A stretch of DNA of 64,000 nt from Zancudomyces culisetae HAW-14-8. Its lineage: Eukaryota; Fungi; Kickxellomycota. The stretch's first letter is position 1. Each line of letters opens with the position of its first letter. The notes under the pieces were generated by a model. The model did no database searches. It was not told where the DNA came from and saw nothing but the letters and a program-made list of their open reading frames with translations. A program made the position numbers and the translations under genes. The stretch is taken from assembly GCA_052426225.1 (NCBI GenBank), contig JBNJNM010000017.1, forward strand, positions 1-64,000, given 5' to 3'. Shown here in pieces: positions 62,075 to 64,000 of the stretch.

Positions 62075-63166
62075 TTAGTCTTCATCATCTGATCTAATAT
62101 CGTTGATTTCTTTACCGCGGATGGCATCATATATGATTCTAAGCATGCTGGCCAGCCACATGCAAAACAGGATTTCTAGGATACAAAGTGAGGCAACTAG
62201 TAGCCATTTGATGTTTTCAGTGTAATAATACCCATTTTGTGGATCCCACCGCTTGTCAATGTACTTTTCCGACATGTAAACCGAGTCAAAAATAATCCTT
62301 AAAAAGACAAAGTGGCGTGAATAGATCCATGAAATGACAACAAATACAAAAGCGATATTGGTACACTTTTCCATATCAAGGTATTTAAAAATTTTAGCTG
62401 TAGGCAAAAATATATCCGCAACATCCATAGTAACATGGATAAGCAGTCCAATCGATGTCAGGTGTACGTAGTAGCTTGATACCAGTAGCCCAATTGTGAA
62501 GATGTGGTGAATTGTCATGATCATCCAATCTTTGCGCCCCTGCTCTATGTTGAGATACACCAGTGTCGAGATCCAAAAGGCTGTCTCATACAAGTAGTAG
62601 AACTTGATAGCAAATGGCATCTGCAGTACGGGATATGTTGACCACATTTCAACATGGCCAAAAAACTCCGGGTATGTTATGATTATAACCATTCCATAGG
62701 TAAACGAAGCCAATGCCATCGCTACTCCCCACAATTGTTCCGAGAACCGCGCTCGTTTTTTAGCCGTATCCAGAGTCTTGAATTTGCGCGCCAATGGCCG
62801 TCCAATATTTAACCCGAACTGTGCCCGCACATATAGCATTGTTAGTACAATATTTGCACAGTAGAAGATATCTTCTTTACATATTCCGTACCTGTCAACA
62901 TCAACAAGATTGGACATTTTTAGGAATTTTCCGAAAATGCTGCTATATCCGGAGTAGTAGCCAAAATATATAAACGCTAATAATCCACCCGCTAATCCTT
63001 TCAGTTGTCTTTCTTTCTCATCGAGTCCCGTGTCTCTGTCCTCCTCCTCCTTTTGTTTTTTAAGTTCTAAAAGAACCAGTTTTTTTTGCTCCTCCTTTTG
63101 ATCATCAGAGGCCTTCTTTTCCTTAACTACAGTACCACCTTTCCTTTCCACTATTTCGCATGTCAT
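62075..63166 (-). CDS. LAG1: Ceramide synthase (Lag1/Lac1, TLC domain)
   Basis: RFSEQ, KFYYL, Lag1 motif RKDWMIMTIHHIFT...MDVADIFLPTAK, and C-terminal DIRSDDED. Confidence 0.93.
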   Translation of the reverse strand: MTCEIVERKGGTVVKEKKASDDQKEEQKKLVLLELKKQKEEEDRDTGLDEKERQLKGLAGGLLAFIYFGYYSGYSSIFGKFLKMSNLVDVDRYGICKEDIFYCANIVLTMLYVRAQFGLNIGRPLARKFKTLDTAKKRARFSEQLWGVAMALASFTYGMVIIITYPEFFGHVEMWSTYPVLQMPFAIKFYYLYETAFWISTLVYLNIEQGRKDWMIMTIHHIFTIGLLVSSYYVHLTSIGLLIHVTMDVADIFLPTAKIFKYLDMEKCTNIAFVFVVISWIYSRHFVFLRIIFDSVYMSEKYIDKRWDPQNGYYYTENIKWLLVASLCILEILFCMWLASMLRIIYDAIRGKEINDIRSDDED

Positions 63167-64000
63167 TTTATTTGCGTACTTTCAGCGCTTCTTCTTTTTT
63201 TTCGCTCGTGTTGTTTCCTACCAGATATGTTATATACCAATTTAAATGCTTCTAACACGAGATATTACACCGTACTGATATTTTTTTGCCTCGCATGTGC
63301 TTGATTCCAACTCGTTTAATTCCAATTACTTTGGACCATTCGATAAACAAAATTCTTTGAAATTCCAGTATGCTATTTATCACCGGCTCTATCTATCAGT
63401 AGCAGCACTCCTCAACTAGCAGAGATTTGTTTAATACCGAATATACACACTAATATACCCCCTTCAACATCTATCCAGACTGATACCTCTGTTTATTTAC
63501 TGTGCTGAATTACCTAGATTTTTTATTTATAAACCTAGCTTATTCATTGTTTTCCAAGTTTTGCACAAAAAAAATTTTCATTTCTCCCCCTCCAAGGTTG
63601 TGAATTTCCAAGAATTTTTCTAGAGGGATTATAGCTGTTTGTTTTTATTTACCGCCTTGGAGGATTTTTTAATTAATTTTTTGTTTGGGCTGAGCTGAAA
63701 ACAGAAAAGCTATGCCAGATTATCCAGATACATTTTTAATCAACACACATACATTTCTGTTTATTTTTTGTTTCATTCATACTTTCATTCATACTTTCAT
63801 TAAAAAATTTTGCAGCAGTCTTCAAGCAATGTGTAACATTCACCATGTTCAAAGAAGGCAAGTGTGGTTAAGAGTGCAAACAAGAATGTTTGATGGAATA
63901 GGGAAGAATACGAATTGAAGCGAATAAACAAAAAAAATATGCATGTTCTGGTTCTCTGTGGACTACACGCATTGTTACTTTGCTCTGCTTTTGTGCAAAT

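Noticed and set aside
1-64000. U12-type introns, tRNAs, rRNA, CRISPR arrays, intact transposons
   Set aside because: RTATCCTT matches do not coincide with exon boundaries. No cloverleaf, repeat-spacer array, transposase or RT motif was seen by eye.

Overview
Eukaryotic, AT-rich fungal genomic DNA with short spliceosomal introns. The gene set (DPP5, TOK-type K+ channel, Ran1/Pat1-type kinase, fungal glycogen synthase, nucleolar FKBP, eIF5-mimic 5MP/BZW) points to a non-ascomycete, probably early-diverging fungus. A Harpellales/Kickxellomycotina insect-gut fungus is my guess only. I find about 20 protein genes, several reconstructed here by hand across introns: DPP5, TOK, Ran1-like kinase, BXI1/TMBIM, 5MP/BZW, ARPC4, a Thr-rich secreted protein, a small secreted protein, an HDHD3-like HAD, VPS60, a 956-aa orphan, PAM16, an Rtg3/MiT-like bHLH, a CBM48 + EPV-repeat giant protein, SEC61-beta, UBC6, a frameshift-split orphan, glycogen synthase, FPR3/4 and LAG1. 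There is also a decayed SDR gene and a possible mitochondrial-carrier relic. No rRNA, tRNA, CRISPR array or intact transposon was recognised. The most striking item is a ~1740-aa Crp1/Mdg1-like protein: a glycogen-binding module, a run of symmetric phase-1 exons (three of 54 nt), ~250 acidic tetrapeptide repeats with higher-order duplications, and a basic amphipathic C-terminus. Other notable items are an HAD whose nucleophile Asp is replaced by Glu, a GC-AG intron directly after the ARPC4 start codon, a 12-nt microexon in the TOK gene, and a +1-frameshifted orphan whose 3' end overlaps the glycogen synthase CDS. All exon models and family assignments come from manual reading, with no database searches.
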